From contig JAPLVZ010000009.1 of assembly GCA_026396805.1 (NCBI GenBank), forward strand, positions 4,058 through 68,057: a stretch of 64,000 nt of DNA. Direction: 5' to 3'. The notes under the pieces are model-generated. The model was not told where the DNA came from. It did no database searches and saw nothing but the letters and a program-made list of their open reading frames with translations. Origin of the DNA: Candidatus Falkowbacteria bacterium. GTDB taxonomy: Bacteria > Patescibacteriota > Patescibacteriia > Patescibacteriales > UBA12465. Each line of letters begins with the position of its first letter. The stretch's first letter is position 1. This document shows positions 31,029 to 40,843 of the stretch, one piece after another. The position numbers and the translations under genes were made by a program.

Positions 31029-31134
31029 AAGCGGCAAGTCGATTTGAGACACCTGATAGAAATAGGTATTTGACAAGAATGAATATTTTTATTAATATTA
31101 ACCTAAATTATCGCACAGGATAATTTATTTATTT

Positions 31135-31206
31135 GCGCCCGTAGTTCAGCGGATAGAACGGGAGCCTTCTAAGCTCTAGACGAGGGTTCGACTCCCCCCG
31201 GGCGTA
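31135..31206 (+). tRNA. tRNA-Arg(UCU)
   Basis: Acceptor GCGCCCG/CGGGCGT+A; anticodon arm GGAGC-CTTCTAA-GCTCT; GGTTCGACTCC. Confidence 0.93.
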
Positions 31207-31261
31207 CGTTTCGCAAAATAGTTGACAGACCGAGTTGTTTCACAATACAATAGCATTACAT

Positions 31262-31744
31262 ATGCCACAAGTTAAATGTAAGATATGTAATAAAGAATTT
31301 TATGCCAAACCGAGTAATTTAAAACGAGGTTATGGCAGGTTTTGTTCTCGGAAATGTCAGTATGAAGGGCAAAAAACAGGTAAATTTATCGTGTGCGATA
31401 TTTGCGGTCAGGAGGCATGGAAAACTCCTAAAGATTTAAGAAATTCAAAAAGTGGTAAGTATTTTTGCAGTAAAAAGTGTCAAGCCATTTGGAGAAATAA
31501 ACACTATAGAGGTGAAAGGCATTCTAATTGGCGGGGTGGTGAATTTATTTATCTCAGGATAATGAAAGAAAGTAAGGTTGAACCAATTTGTAATGTTTGC
31601 GGGATTAAAGATAGACGGATATTGCTCATCCACCACCTGGATCATAACAGGAAACATAATACGATAGATAATCTTATATGGTTATGCTGGAATTGTCATT
31701 ATTTAGTTCATAATTATAATCAGAAGATTATAATTAAAAATTAG
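31262..31744 (+). CDS. HNH endonuclease with two N-terminal C4 zinc-finger repeats
   Basis: CKIC...FCSRKC, CDIC...FCSKKC, CNVC...IHHLDHNRKHNTIDNL..LCWNCH. ATG 31262 taken as start. Confidence 0.85.
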   Translation: MPQVKCKICNKEFYAKPSNLKRGYGRFCSRKCQYEGQKTGKFIVCDICGQEAWKTPKDLRNSKSGKYFCSKKCQAIWRNKHYRGERHSNWRGGEFIYLRIMKESKVEPICNVCGIKDRRILLIHHLDHNRKHNTIDNLIWLCWNCHYLVHNYNQKIIIKN

Positions 31745-31747
31745 AAT

Positions 31748-31819
31748 GGTGCCTATAGTTTAATGGTAGAACAATTGGTTGTGGTCCAATTAGCGAGAGT
31801 TCGATTCTCTCTAGGCACC
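31748..31819 (+). tRNA. tRNA-His(GUG)
   Basis: G-1 plus GTGCCTA/TAGGCAC+C73; anticodon arm ATTGG-TTGTGGT-CCAAT. Confidence 0.93.
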
Positions 31820-31875
31820 CAGTATAAAATAACAGCCATTCGGCTGTTGTTTTTTTTCTGTGGTATAATCTAATT

Positions 31876-33549
31876 ATGACGGATAATACCTCTCAAATTA
31901 ATAACGCCTGCCAACCGGAGCCGCTCGTTGCCTATTTCAGCATGGAAATCGCTCTGGAAAATAATATCAAAACTTACGCCGGCGGACTTGGAGTTCTGGG
32001 CGGCGATATTCTGCGCTCGGTCGCTGATTTAAGATTTCCGATGATCGGGGTTACTCTTTTTAATCGCGATGGTTATTTTAAACAAGTTATCGGCGATAAC
32101 GGGGACCAAGAAGCCTATCCGGACAAGTCTGATTTTTTACGTCTGGAAAAGATGCCCCAAATCGTCGCGGTTGATATCGGCAAAGAAAAAGTTCTTGTCG
32201 GAGTTTGGCGCTACTTGATAAAAAGCGAAAGCGGTTTTAAAGTTCCGGTTTATTTTTTGGATACGGATTTGCCGGAAAATGCGCCAGCTAATCGTGAACT
32301 GTGCGGCGTTTTATACGGTGGCGATGAAGGGTATCGCTTAAAACAAGAAATAATCCTAGGTCGCGGCGGAATAAAGATGCTGGCCGCTATCGGCCATCAG
32401 CATATTAAGAAAATTCATTTAAACGAGGGCCACGGCGCTTTGGCGGCCGTAGAATTATTTTTAAACTCTAAACAGAAACGAGAAAAAGACAAACTTAAAG
32501 AAGTCAGAAATAAATGTGTTTTTACCACCCATACGTCGCTTCCGAAAGCGCAGGATATTTTCTCCCTCTCGTATTTATTAAGTTTTCAGCCGGATTTTCC
32601 GGGGTCTTTGACCGGGTTGATTAAGAACAATGAAATTAATCTAACGCAAACCGGTTTTTATTTTTCCGGCTTTGTTAACGCGGTCTCGGCGGCGCACCGG
32701 CGAGAAGCGCGGAAAATTTATAAGAATAACCGAATCAAGGCGGTAACTAACGGAGTTGATTCTTTGTTTTGGACGGCGCCGGAATTCAAAGAACTTTATG
32801 ATAAGCATATCACCGGGTGGAGAGCGGATAATTCTTTATTAAGAAAAGTTAAACAGATAGCGGCAACTGAAGTTTGGTTGGCGCATCAGCGGGCTAAAAA
32901 GCGGCTGGTGGATTATATCAATAAAAGACAGGAGATTAAACTGGATTATGATATTTTTACCATCGCGTTCGCTCGCCGTTTTGCGGTTTATAAACGACCC
33001 GAATTCCTTTTTCAAGATTTAAGCCGCTTGCTGAAAATAAATAATAAGAGGCGTCTGCAATTAATTTATGCCGGTAAGGCCCATCCCCAAGACTTAGAAG
33101 GTAGGGAATTGGTCAAAAAGATAAATTTGCTTTCCCAAGAGATGAGCCGGAACATCAAACTAGTTTTTCTGGAAGATTATGACCTTGATAAGGCGCGCCT
33201 GTTAACGGCCGGGGCCGACCTTTGGCTGAATAGCCCTTTGCCGCCGAATGAAGCCTCGGGCACAAGCGGTATGAAAGCGGCCCATAACGGCATTCCGCAA
33301 GCGAGTACCTTAGACGGCTGGTGGAAAGAAGGCTACAAGAAAAATAAAACCGGTTGGCTGATAAAAGAAAAGAAAAGCGGAGAGATTTATGATTTGCTGG
33401 AAAAAGAGATTTTGCCGCTTTATTATGATTTTCCTGAAAAATGGCGGAAGCTGATGGTTTCTACAATTAGTCTAAACGCTTCGCGCTTCAATGCGCAGAG
33501 GGTCTTGAAGCAATATATAGGCAAGGCTTATAAAATAAAAAAATATTGA
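31876..33549 (+). CDS. glgP: Alpha-glucan phosphorylase
   Basis: AYFSME, YAGGLGVL, HLNEGH, FARRFAVYKR, EASGTSGMKA (PLP lysine). Confidence 0.92.
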   Translation: MTDNTSQINNACQPEPLVAYFSMEIALENNIKTYAGGLGVLGGDILRSVADLRFPMIGVTLFNRDGYFKQVIGDNGDQEAYPDKSDFLRLEKMPQIVAVDIGKEKVLVGVWRYLIKSESGFKVPVYFLDTDLPENAPANRELCGVLYGGDEGYRLKQEIILGRGGIKMLAAIGHQHIKKIHLNEGHGALAAVELFLNSKQKREKDKLKEVRNKCVFTTHTSLPKAQDIFSLSYLLSFQPDFPGSLTGLIKNNEINLTQTGFYFSGFVNAVSAAHRREARKIYKNNRIKAVTNGVDSLFWTAPEFKELYDKHITGWRADNSLLRKVKQIAATEVWLAHQRAKKRLVDYINKRQEIKLDYDIFTIAFARRFAVYKRPEFLFQDLSRLLKINNKRRLQLIYAGKAHPQDLEGRELVKKINLLSQEMSRNIKLVFLEDYDLDKARLLTAGADLWLNSPLPPNEASGTSGMKAAHNGIPQASTLDGWWKEGYKKNKTGWLIKEKKSGEIYDLLEKEILPLYYDFPEKWRKLMVSTISLNASRFNAQRVLKQYIGKAYKIKKY

Positions 33550-33631
33550 CTCGGATAAAATTAATTTGGATAAAAAAAGAAGGACCGGATTTATTTCCTG
33601 GTCCTTTTCAATTTTCTTGTTTTTATAGATT

Positions 33632-34435
33632 CTATGGTCTCGCCAATTTAGCGGTAAAGGTCATTACCGTCCCTTTACCGAGCACGCTACTGGCGAAAAT
33701 TGTTCCGCCCTGTTCTTTTATCAGACTTTGGCATAGTCGCAGACCCAGTCCGGTGCCGCCCTCATCGTTCGTTCCCTTAGTTGAATAGAATTTAGGGCCA
33801 AACAATTTTTCTAGATTTTCCGGTTTGACACCGATTCCAGTATCAGTCACTGAAACCGAGACGAAACCATCTATGGTAATTGCCGAGATAATGATTCTCC
33901 CTTCAGGGTTAGTGAATTTTATGGCGTTAAAGACCAAATTTCTAATCACCGCCTGAATGGTATTGGCGTCGGCGTAAATAATAATTTCAGCGGATACATC
34001 GTTGTGGAGGCTGACCTGTTTTTCGTCGGCGTTCAGCTGTAACAGGCCGATGACATTATCGCCTATTTCTTTCAAAGAGATATTGGCCAGAGAAATTGGC
34101 TGTTTTCCTAGTCGCATTTTAGACCAATCTAGTAAATTTTCTAGCAGAGCAAAGATTTTTTGGGCTTGTTTATTAATCATCCGAGAAGATTCTTTGCGTT
34201 CGACCGCAGTTAAATCATTATAATTATATTTTAACAATTCGGTCAAGCCCAGCAAGCCGACAAAAGGACTGCGAAGATCGTGAGCGATAAGGGAAAATAG
34301 TTTTTCCATTTCCTGAACTTTTTTATTTAGTCCTTTGTTTTTGGATTCTAGTTCTTCGATTTTTTTCATCAGTCGGGCGGCGGATCCGATGTTTCTTAAA
34401 TTTATTAAAAAATTTTTAATCATTTTTTCTATCAT
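33632..34435 (-). CDS. Soluble sensor histidine kinase (HisKA + HATPase)
   Basis: IAHDLRSPF, RNLVFNAIKF, DTGIG, GTGLGL. Confidence 0.92.
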   Translation of the reverse strand: MIEKMIKNFLINLRNIGSAARLMKKIEELESKNKGLNKKVQEMEKLFSLIAHDLRSPFVGLLGLTELLKYNYNDLTAVERKESSRMINKQAQKIFALLENLLDWSKMRLGKQPISLANISLKEIGDNVIGLLQLNADEKQVSLHNDVSAEIIIYADANTIQAVIRNLVFNAIKFTNPEGRIIISAITIDGFVSVSVTDTGIGVKPENLEKLFGPKFYSTKGTNDEGGTGLGLRLCQSLIKEQGGTIFASSVLGKGTVMTFTAKLARP

Positions 34436-34643
34436 GGCTATTATTTTTTGTTTTTAAGGTTCGTTAATTGTGAAAATTCATCATAACACATTTTTAATAT
34501 TTGTGCAAGAGTCTGGTAATTTTATAATATCTTTTGACTAAAATAAGCCATTTTAAAAAGAAGATTTTTTGTATTTTCCATATTTTCCAATTCGGCCGGA
34601 AAGAGCTATAATGTTTGTATTAGTATTAATAATATTTAATTTT

Positions 34644-34913
34644 ATGCCCAAAAAGAAACAAGCCAAATCTTCGGGAACGACCACCGAACAATTTAAAGTT
34701 TACGGTCACGAAGCCTTAAAAAAGATTAAGGAATTAATCAAAGAAGGCAATATCCGCCGGATTATCATTAAGGATGAAAAGGGTAAGATTCTCATGGAGA
34801 TTCCGATGACCTTCGCCGTCGTTGGAACTGTTTTCGCTCCGGTCTTGGCGGCCATCGGTGCTTTGGCGGCCGTTTTGAATAAGTGCACTATAGAGGTGGA
34901 GAGAAAAAAATAA
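34644..34913 (+). CDS. DUF4342-like small protein
   Basis: KIKELIKEGNIRRIIIK...EIP...CTIEVER. Start moved to ATG 34644. Confidence 0.75.
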   Translation: MPKKKQAKSSGTTTEQFKVYGHEALKKIKELIKEGNIRRIIIKDEKGKILMEIPMTFAVVGTVFAPVLAAIGALAAVLNKCTIEVERKK

Positions 34914-35019
34914 TCAGTTGAATGATTCGGATATAAGAAAGCTCAATATAAAAAGACTCCTGATAATAGGAGCCTTTTTTATGTTGGTCAAATTTTAAAT
35001 TATTGCGGCGACTTTTGAG

Positions 35020-36393
35020 CTATTGCATCAGAGTCAAGACTTCGTCTCGTTTCTTTTCCATTATTTCTCGGCTGATTGCCTCTAAATTCAAACGTATTTT
35101 CGGCTCGGTATTTGAGCCGCGGACATTAAACCAGAAGTCCGGGTATTCTATCGTCAAACCGTCTAAGCGCGTAATCTTTCCGTCGCCGTATTTAGCCAGA
35201 ACATTGTTAAAGACCGCTTCTTTATCGCCGACCAAACGATTTATTTCTCCGGAATGGAAGTATTTTTTATATTGGGAAACATAAGCGGCGATACCGTTCG
35301 GTGTTTGCGAAACCAAGGTTAAGAGTTTTAGGATAATAATGCTCGGGTATTCAAAACAGCCGGCCTCGCCGCGCAGATAGAAATGGCCGGAAGCTTCACC
35401 GGCAAAAAAAATGTCTTCTTTTAACATCTGCTCCTTAATTAAGGAATGACCGACGCGGGTCATTACCGGAATGCCGCCGTTTTCTTTTATCAGGTCGATG
35501 GTGATACGACCCGGACGGGCGTCATAACCTATTTTCGCTCCGGGCTTAATTTCTAAAAACATTTTGGACAAGAGGCCGCGGGTAATTGACTGGTCGATTG
35601 TGTCTCCTCTATTATCAAGAAAAAACAGGCGGTCGCCGTCGCCGTCAATCGCGATACCAAGATCCGCTCCTCTCATTTTAATCTCGGCTTTTATTTGGAT
35701 AAGATTTTCTTCTTTAATTGGGTCGGCTTCATGAGCAGGGAAAGAACCGTCAAGAGAAAAGTTTAAGGGAATCAACTCACACGGAAGATTAGTGAATAAG
35801 GATTTAACGTAGGTCGCGCCCATACCGTTAGCGGTATCAATCACCACTTTCAAAGATTTTATTTTAGAATGATCGGTAAAAGAAAACGCGTAATCGGTTT
35901 CGTCTTGTAGGGCTTGGTCATTTTTGGATATTTCTCCGGGAATGGCCGCCGGCAGGAAGTGATTGGCTAAAACTTTGTCTTTTAAATAATTGATTCCCGT
36001 CTCGCCGCTAATCGGTATTCCTTGAGCGCGGACCAGCTTGAACCCGTTCCATTCTTTGGGGTTGTGCGAAGCGGAGACGATGATGCCGCCGTCATATTTA
36101 TAATGGCCGACGGCAAAATACATGGTCGGGGTAGAAATCATGCCCAAATCAATAACATCGGCGCCGGCTTCGGCCAATCCCCTGATTAAGTTCTCTTTCA
36201 ACTCCGGAGAAGACAGGCGCATATCGGTGGCGACAGCGACTTTTAATTTTTTGCCCTTGATGTGGTCGGGGTCGTTTTTTCTGAGTTCTACATAGGCCAA
36301 GCCCAAGAGGCGACCGAGCTCATTATCAAAATCCCGGCCGTAGACGCCGCGGATATCGTAAGCTTTAAAGATTTCCGGATTTATTGGTAGCAT
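35020..36393 (-). CDS. Phosphomannomutase/phosphoglucomutase
   Basis: FKAYDIRG, SASHNP, DGDGDR, GEASGH, RGSNTEP. Confidence 0.95.
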   Translation of the reverse strand: MLPINPEIFKAYDIRGVYGRDFDNELGRLLGLAYVELRKNDPDHIKGKKLKVAVATDMRLSSPELKENLIRGLAEAGADVIDLGMISTPTMYFAVGHYKYDGGIIVSASHNPKEWNGFKLVRAQGIPISGETGINYLKDKVLANHFLPAAIPGEISKNDQALQDETDYAFSFTDHSKIKSLKVVIDTANGMGATYVKSLFTNLPCELIPLNFSLDGSFPAHEADPIKEENLIQIKAEIKMRGADLGIAIDGDGDRLFFLDNRGDTIDQSITRGLLSKMFLEIKPGAKIGYDARPGRITIDLIKENGGIPVMTRVGHSLIKEQMLKEDIFFAGEASGHFYLRGEAGCFEYPSIIILKLLTLVSQTPNGIAAYVSQYKKYFHSGEINRLVGDKEAVFNNVLAKYGDGKITRLDGLTIEYPDFWFNVRGSNTEPKIRLNLEAISREIMEKKRDEVLTLMQ

Positions 36394-37504
36394 AGAACCA
36401 AAGGCCTCCTAAACCGAGCCAGACGGTGATTAAGCCGAATATCCAGCCGACAAAGGGGATAGAAAATAATAGCCAGCAGATAATTACTCCCGGCACCAGA
36501 GACCAAGCTAAAGGCAAGCTCTCTTTTTTCAGTATTTTTTTAATAAGGATGTTGCCCAACAAGATGGCCGTTAATATCTTGGCGGCATAAATCGCTATCA
36601 GCCAAATCGCGCCCAGGATAAGAGCCAGCGGAATCCCGATAACGGTGAACATTAAAACCAAAGCGACCGGAGGTAAGACGAAGAAGAAAAGTAGCCCTGG
36701 GATAAGGGTTCGGATCGGTTTTTCTTCTATCAGGCCGATAGTTTTATAAATACCTTTCTTACAGACGGTAGTCATGACTAAGCCGACAACGATGGCGGCG
36801 AAGATAGCGAAGAGGCGTCCCCAAAGCCAAGGCCAAAAATGGTCATTAATTTTTACTGCCGGAGTTTTTTGTTGGATATTGCCGGCGATGCTGGCTCCGG
36901 GAGAAACACTGGCGGCTGTTTTGGAAGTGTAATTAATATCACCGTTGATTATCGCGCCGGAAGCGACGGTTAATTTTTGAGTAGTGCCGCCGTTTAATTT
37001 TAGATCAATATTTTTGCCGATTTTGCCGGTGATTAAAGCCTGCCCGGCATAGCCGCTTAAACTGCCGTCAATAATTCCTCTGGCCGATAGGTTCGATCCG
37101 GCGATATAAGCGTCCCAGCCTATTTGAGATTCTGTTCCTAGAACGACGTTAGCGCCGAAAGCGTTGATGTTGCGAGCGACCGTTCCGTTGATGGTGAGAG
37201 TATTGCCGGCGATGCGAATATTGCCGCCGACATCCCCATTGACCGTTATGTCTTGACTGGCGGCGATGATGTCTCCCTCTACTCGTCCGTTAACGGTGAT
37301 GACTTGGGCGGCGGCGATAAGATCGCCGCTAATAGTGCCGTCGATTATAATAGATTGTCCGGCGGCGTAGAGATTGCCGCTGACGATTTCTTCTTTAGGG
37401 ACATAGATATTTCCGCCTGTCTTGGTTCCGGCGGCTTTTAAGGCGGAGAAAGGTATTAAGAATAAGACCAAAAACAAGAAAATTTTGGCGATTTTTTTAG
37501 TCAT
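36365..37504 (-). CDS. Membrane protein with bactofilin-like beta-helix repeats and a multi-TM C-terminus
   Basis: Signal peptide, repeated I-x-G-x-V-x-G-D/N units, then about 5 TM helices. Confidence 0.75.
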   Translation of the reverse strand: MTKKIAKIFLFLVLFLIPFSALKAAGTKTGGNIYVPKEEIVSGNLYAAGQSIIIDGTISGDLIAAAQVITVNGRVEGDIIAASQDITVNGDVGGNIRIAGNTLTINGTVARNINAFGANVVLGTESQIGWDAYIAGSNLSARGIIDGSLSGYAGQALITGKIGKNIDLKLNGGTTQKLTVASGAIINGDINYTSKTAASVSPGASIAGNIQQKTPAVKINDHFWPWLWGRLFAIFAAIVVGLVMTTVCKKGIYKTIGLIEEKPIRTLIPGLLFFFVLPPVALVLMFTVIGIPLALILGAIWLIAIYAAKILTAILLGNILIKKILKKESLPLAWSLVPGVIICWLLFSIPFVGWIFGLITVWLGLGGLWFYATNKSGNL

Positions 37505-37585
37505 AGCGATATTGTTAAATTTTAAAAAATGATATAGTATAAGAGGTCTGAATATAATAGAATACTTTGATTATAGCCCAAATAT

Positions 37586-39211
37586 ATGGGGGAAGCAATA
37601 AAGGACCTGCTTTTAAATTATGCTTCCGGTTTTAAGAATCGGGATGATTTAGAAGCCGGGAAAAGGATAATCTGCAAGCGTTATGGCTTAGCGGCCGTTC
37701 CTAATTCCGATATTCTGAAAGAGTATCGTTTTTTGTTGTCTGAAAATAAGATTGTCCAAATTCTCCCTCTGGAAAAAATATTACGCAAGCGCGCCATCAG
37801 GACTTTATCGGGGATAGCGCCGGTTGCCGTTCTGACTAAGCCCTATCCGTGTCCGGGCGCCTGCGCTTATTGCCCACACGAAAAAAATGTCCCGGCCAGC
37901 TATCTGTCTAACGAACCGGCGGTAATGCGCGCCATCCGTTGCGGCTATGATCCTTATAAACAGATCGTCTTGCGTTTGAAGGCGCTGGAAAATAACGGCC
38001 ATGAGCCGACTAAGATTGAATTGATAGTTATCGGCGGCACCTGGAGCTACCTGCCGATTAAATATAAATATTGGTATATCGTGAATTGTTTTCGAGCGGT
38101 TAATGATTTTGTAAAAGTAGGCCGGTTAGTTTTTAAGCGTCCGGGAGGAGAAGAGAAATTCAATATTGGCTTAAAATCTCCTTACGCTAAAAATTTATCT
38201 TTAAATAAATTAAAGGCCGCACTTACCAAGGAACAGAAAAAGAATGAAGGCGCCGTTTATAGCCTTATTGGCTTGACCCTGGAAACTCGGCCGGATTATA
38301 TTAATACTAAAGAAATTCTGGAAATGCGCGCCTTGGGAGCGACTCGGGTAGAGATCGGCGTCCAGGCGGTTGATGATAAGATTTTGAAATTAAATAGGCG
38401 CGGGCACGGCGTCAAGGAAATCGCGGCGGCCACTAAATTATTAAAGGAATACGGTTTTAAAGTCACTTATCATTTAATGCCGGCCTTGCCGGGCGCGACG
38501 CCAAAAAAGGATTTAGCGTTATTTAAGAAATTATTCAGCGACGAGCGCTTCCAGCCCGATCAGATTAAATTTTATCCGACTGTCGTAACCGCCGGAAGTT
38601 TATTGGCTCGTTGGTACAGCCAAGGGAAGTATCAACCTTATACTGACAAGCAACTTCAGGAGTTGATCGTGAAATGCAAAGCCATTGTTCCGCCTTATGT
38701 CAGAATAATCCGATTAATTCGGGATATCCCGGGCGAGTCGATTATCGCCGGCAATAAGATTACGAATTTACGTCAGATTCTGAAAGATAGAGGCGTAAAA
38801 TGTAATTGTATCCGTTGCCGCGAGGCCAAGGAACAAGTTATCGCTTCGGATTATAAGATTAGAGCAATAAAATATCCGTCTTCCGGAGGCCTAGAATATT
38901 TTATCAGCGCGGCCAGCCGGGACGGGAAAACTTTATACGGATTTTGCCGCCTAAGAATAGATCAGAATAGTCCGGTGGCTCCGGCTATCATCAGAGAGTT
39001 GCATGTTTATGGCGTACTAGTTTCTATCGGCGGAGCTAAAAAGGTCCAACACAGCGGACTAGGAAAAAGATTAATGAAAGAGGTGGAAGAAATCGCGGCT
39101 AAAGCCGGAGCGATTAAAATTGCCGTCATTTCCGGGGTCGGAGTAAAGGGGTATTATAAAAAGCTGGGCTATAAGGAAAAAGATACTTATATGGTCAAGA
39201 ATTTTATTTAA
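37586..39211 (+). CDS. elp3: Elp3-family tRNA U34 carboxymethyltransferase (radical SAM + GNAT)
   Basis: RTLSGIAPVAV, CPGACAYC, ETRPD, RELHVYG, QHSGLGKRLM. Confidence 0.93.
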   Translation: MGEAIKDLLLNYASGFKNRDDLEAGKRIICKRYGLAAVPNSDILKEYRFLLSENKIVQILPLEKILRKRAIRTLSGIAPVAVLTKPYPCPGACAYCPHEKNVPASYLSNEPAVMRAIRCGYDPYKQIVLRLKALENNGHEPTKIELIVIGGTWSYLPIKYKYWYIVNCFRAVNDFVKVGRLVFKRPGGEEKFNIGLKSPYAKNLSLNKLKAALTKEQKKNEGAVYSLIGLTLETRPDYINTKEILEMRALGATRVEIGVQAVDDKILKLNRRGHGVKEIAAATKLLKEYGFKVTYHLMPALPGATPKKDLALFKKLFSDERFQPDQIKFYPTVVTAGSLLARWYSQGKYQPYTDKQLQELIVKCKAIVPPYVRIIRLIRDIPGESIIAGNKITNLRQILKDRGVKCNCIRCREAKEQVIASDYKIRAIKYPSSGGLEYFISAASRDGKTLYGFCRLRIDQNSPVAPAIIRELHVYGVLVSIGGAKKVQHSGLGKRLMKEVEEIAAKAGAIKIAVISGVGVKGYYKKLGYKEKDTYMVKNFI

Positions 39212-39275
39212 AGTTAGACAAATTATTTTTTTAATTTTTTTTGGAGTTTAAGTTAGAATATGCTATAATTAATAT

Positions 39276-39414
39276 ATTATGTTGATTACTAAAAATATTA
39301 CAACTTGGTCGGGATTTACTTCCGCATCTCTTAGACTCTATTAACCCAGGGTGTATTTAGTAATTCTAAAGCACCCTTGGGGGTGTTTTTTTATTAATTA
39401 AAAACAACTTTATT
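39276..39414 (+). promoter_or_regulatory. Structured 5' leader with alternative terminator/antiterminator (riboswitch candidate)
   Basis: Extended -10 TGCTATAAT at 39261; mutually exclusive hairpins 39345-39381 and 39368-39392. Confidence 0.5.
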
Positions 39415-40092
39415 ATGTCTTCAGATATTAAGTTTTTAGAACAAATTCCCGTGTCTCCGGAAAAGATTAGCTTCAAAATTATAATTGCTTTAACTCTTTA
39501 TTTGGTTTCGCTTTTTGCCGCCAATACATTGGGTCTAAAAATAATGCCTTTTATTTTTGGCACGCATTTGTCAGTCGCTGTTTTCTTTTTTCCGTTTGTG
39601 TTTTTGATGACCGATATCATCGGTCAGGTTTACGGCAAACCAATGGCCAGAAATTTCGTGCTGGCCGGCTTTATCAGTATTTGTTTATTCATGGTTTACT
39701 CTTTCATTTCCTTATTTGTGCCTTGGGCGCAAGAAGGCCTGAGGTTCAAAGATAGTTTTAATACGATTTTCGGCCTTTCGTTAAGAATGTCGTTAGCCTC
39801 GCTCTTAGCTTATCTGATTGCAGAATATCAGGATGTCGCGGCTTTTTTCTTTTTTAAGAAAAAATTTAATAAAAGCGCTTTTTGGCTACAATCCAATCTC
39901 TCTAACCTCTGGTCGCAACTTTTAGATACGGCTATTTTTATGCTTGTTGCTTTTGCGGGCGTATATTCTATTAAGACCATACTACTTATCGGGCTCCCCT
40001 GGTGGTTATATAAAGTCGGCATGGGATTTATCTATACCCCCTTATCTTATTTAGGTATATATCTCCTTAAATATGAAAATAAAAACATTTAA
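39415..40092 (+). CDS. YhhQ/VUT-family (queuosine precursor-type) transporter
   Basis: ANTLGLK, FLMTDIIGQVYG, SNLWSQLLDTAIF..AF, YTP. Confidence 0.88.
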   Translation: MSSDIKFLEQIPVSPEKISFKIIIALTLYLVSLFAANTLGLKIMPFIFGTHLSVAVFFFPFVFLMTDIIGQVYGKPMARNFVLAGFISICLFMVYSFISLFVPWAQEGLRFKDSFNTIFGLSLRMSLASLLAYLIAEYQDVAAFFFFKKKFNKSAFWLQSNLSNLWSQLLDTAIFMLVAFAGVYSIKTILLIGLPWWLYKVGMGFIYTPLSYLGIYLLKYENKNI

Positions 40093-40771
40093 AACCTCGA
40101 TCTTTAAGCCGAATGAAAATTTATTATCTTTTGTTGCGAGATATTTGCAAAAGATTCCTGATAACAGCATCTTGGTCGTTACTTCTAAAATAGTCGCTCT
40201 ATCTGAAGGGCGATTTATTAATGACGCAGATGAAACAACTAAAGAGAGGATAATCAGGCAAGAAAGCGAAACAGTTTTAAAGACTAAATATGTTTATTTG
40301 ACGATTAAAGACGGAATAGTTATGGCTAACGCCGGTGTGGACGAGAGTAACGGTAACGGTTTAATAATATTATTGCCGCAAGACAGTTTTAAGGCGGCGT
40401 CAAAAATTCGTCGTCACTTTAAGAAGAAACTTCGGCTCAAAAATTTTGGCGTAATCATTACCGACAGTCGCTGTTTGCCTCTTCGCGCTGGGATTACCGG
40501 GGTAGCCTTGGGTTATGCGGGCTTTAAAGGACTAAAAAGTTATCAGGGTAAATTGGACATTTTCGGTCGGCCTTTTCAATATTCTCGCGTCGATGTGGCC
40601 GACAGCTTGGCCACGGCGGCTGTTTTTTGCATGGGTGAAGGCCAGGAAAAACAGCCGCTGGCCCTTATCAGCGAGGTCCGACTGGACTATGTTGAAAGAA
40701 TAAATAAAGATGAGTTAAAAATTGATCTGAGGGAGGATATGTATGAGCCGTTATTTAGAAAAATTAAATAA
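40073..40771 (+). CDS. CofE-like (F420-0:gamma-glutamyl ligase family) protein
   Basis: VVTSKIVALSEG, ANAGVDESN, GVIITDS...PLR.G, D.LA.AA..MGEG.E..P. Confidence 0.88.
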   Translation: MKIKTFKTSIFKPNENLLSFVARYLQKIPDNSILVVTSKIVALSEGRFINDADETTKERIIRQESETVLKTKYVYLTIKDGIVMANAGVDESNGNGLIILLPQDSFKAASKIRRHFKKKLRLKNFGVIITDSRCLPLRAGITGVALGYAGFKGLKSYQGKLDIFGRPFQYSRVDVADSLATAAVFCMGEGQEKQPLALISEVRLDYVERINKDELKIDLREDMYEPLFRKIK

Positions 40772-40843
40772 TAGTTAGTTTCAATAGCTAGTTTTTGACA
40801 AAAGACTTCGTCTAAACTAAGATTAAAAGATAATATTAATAAT

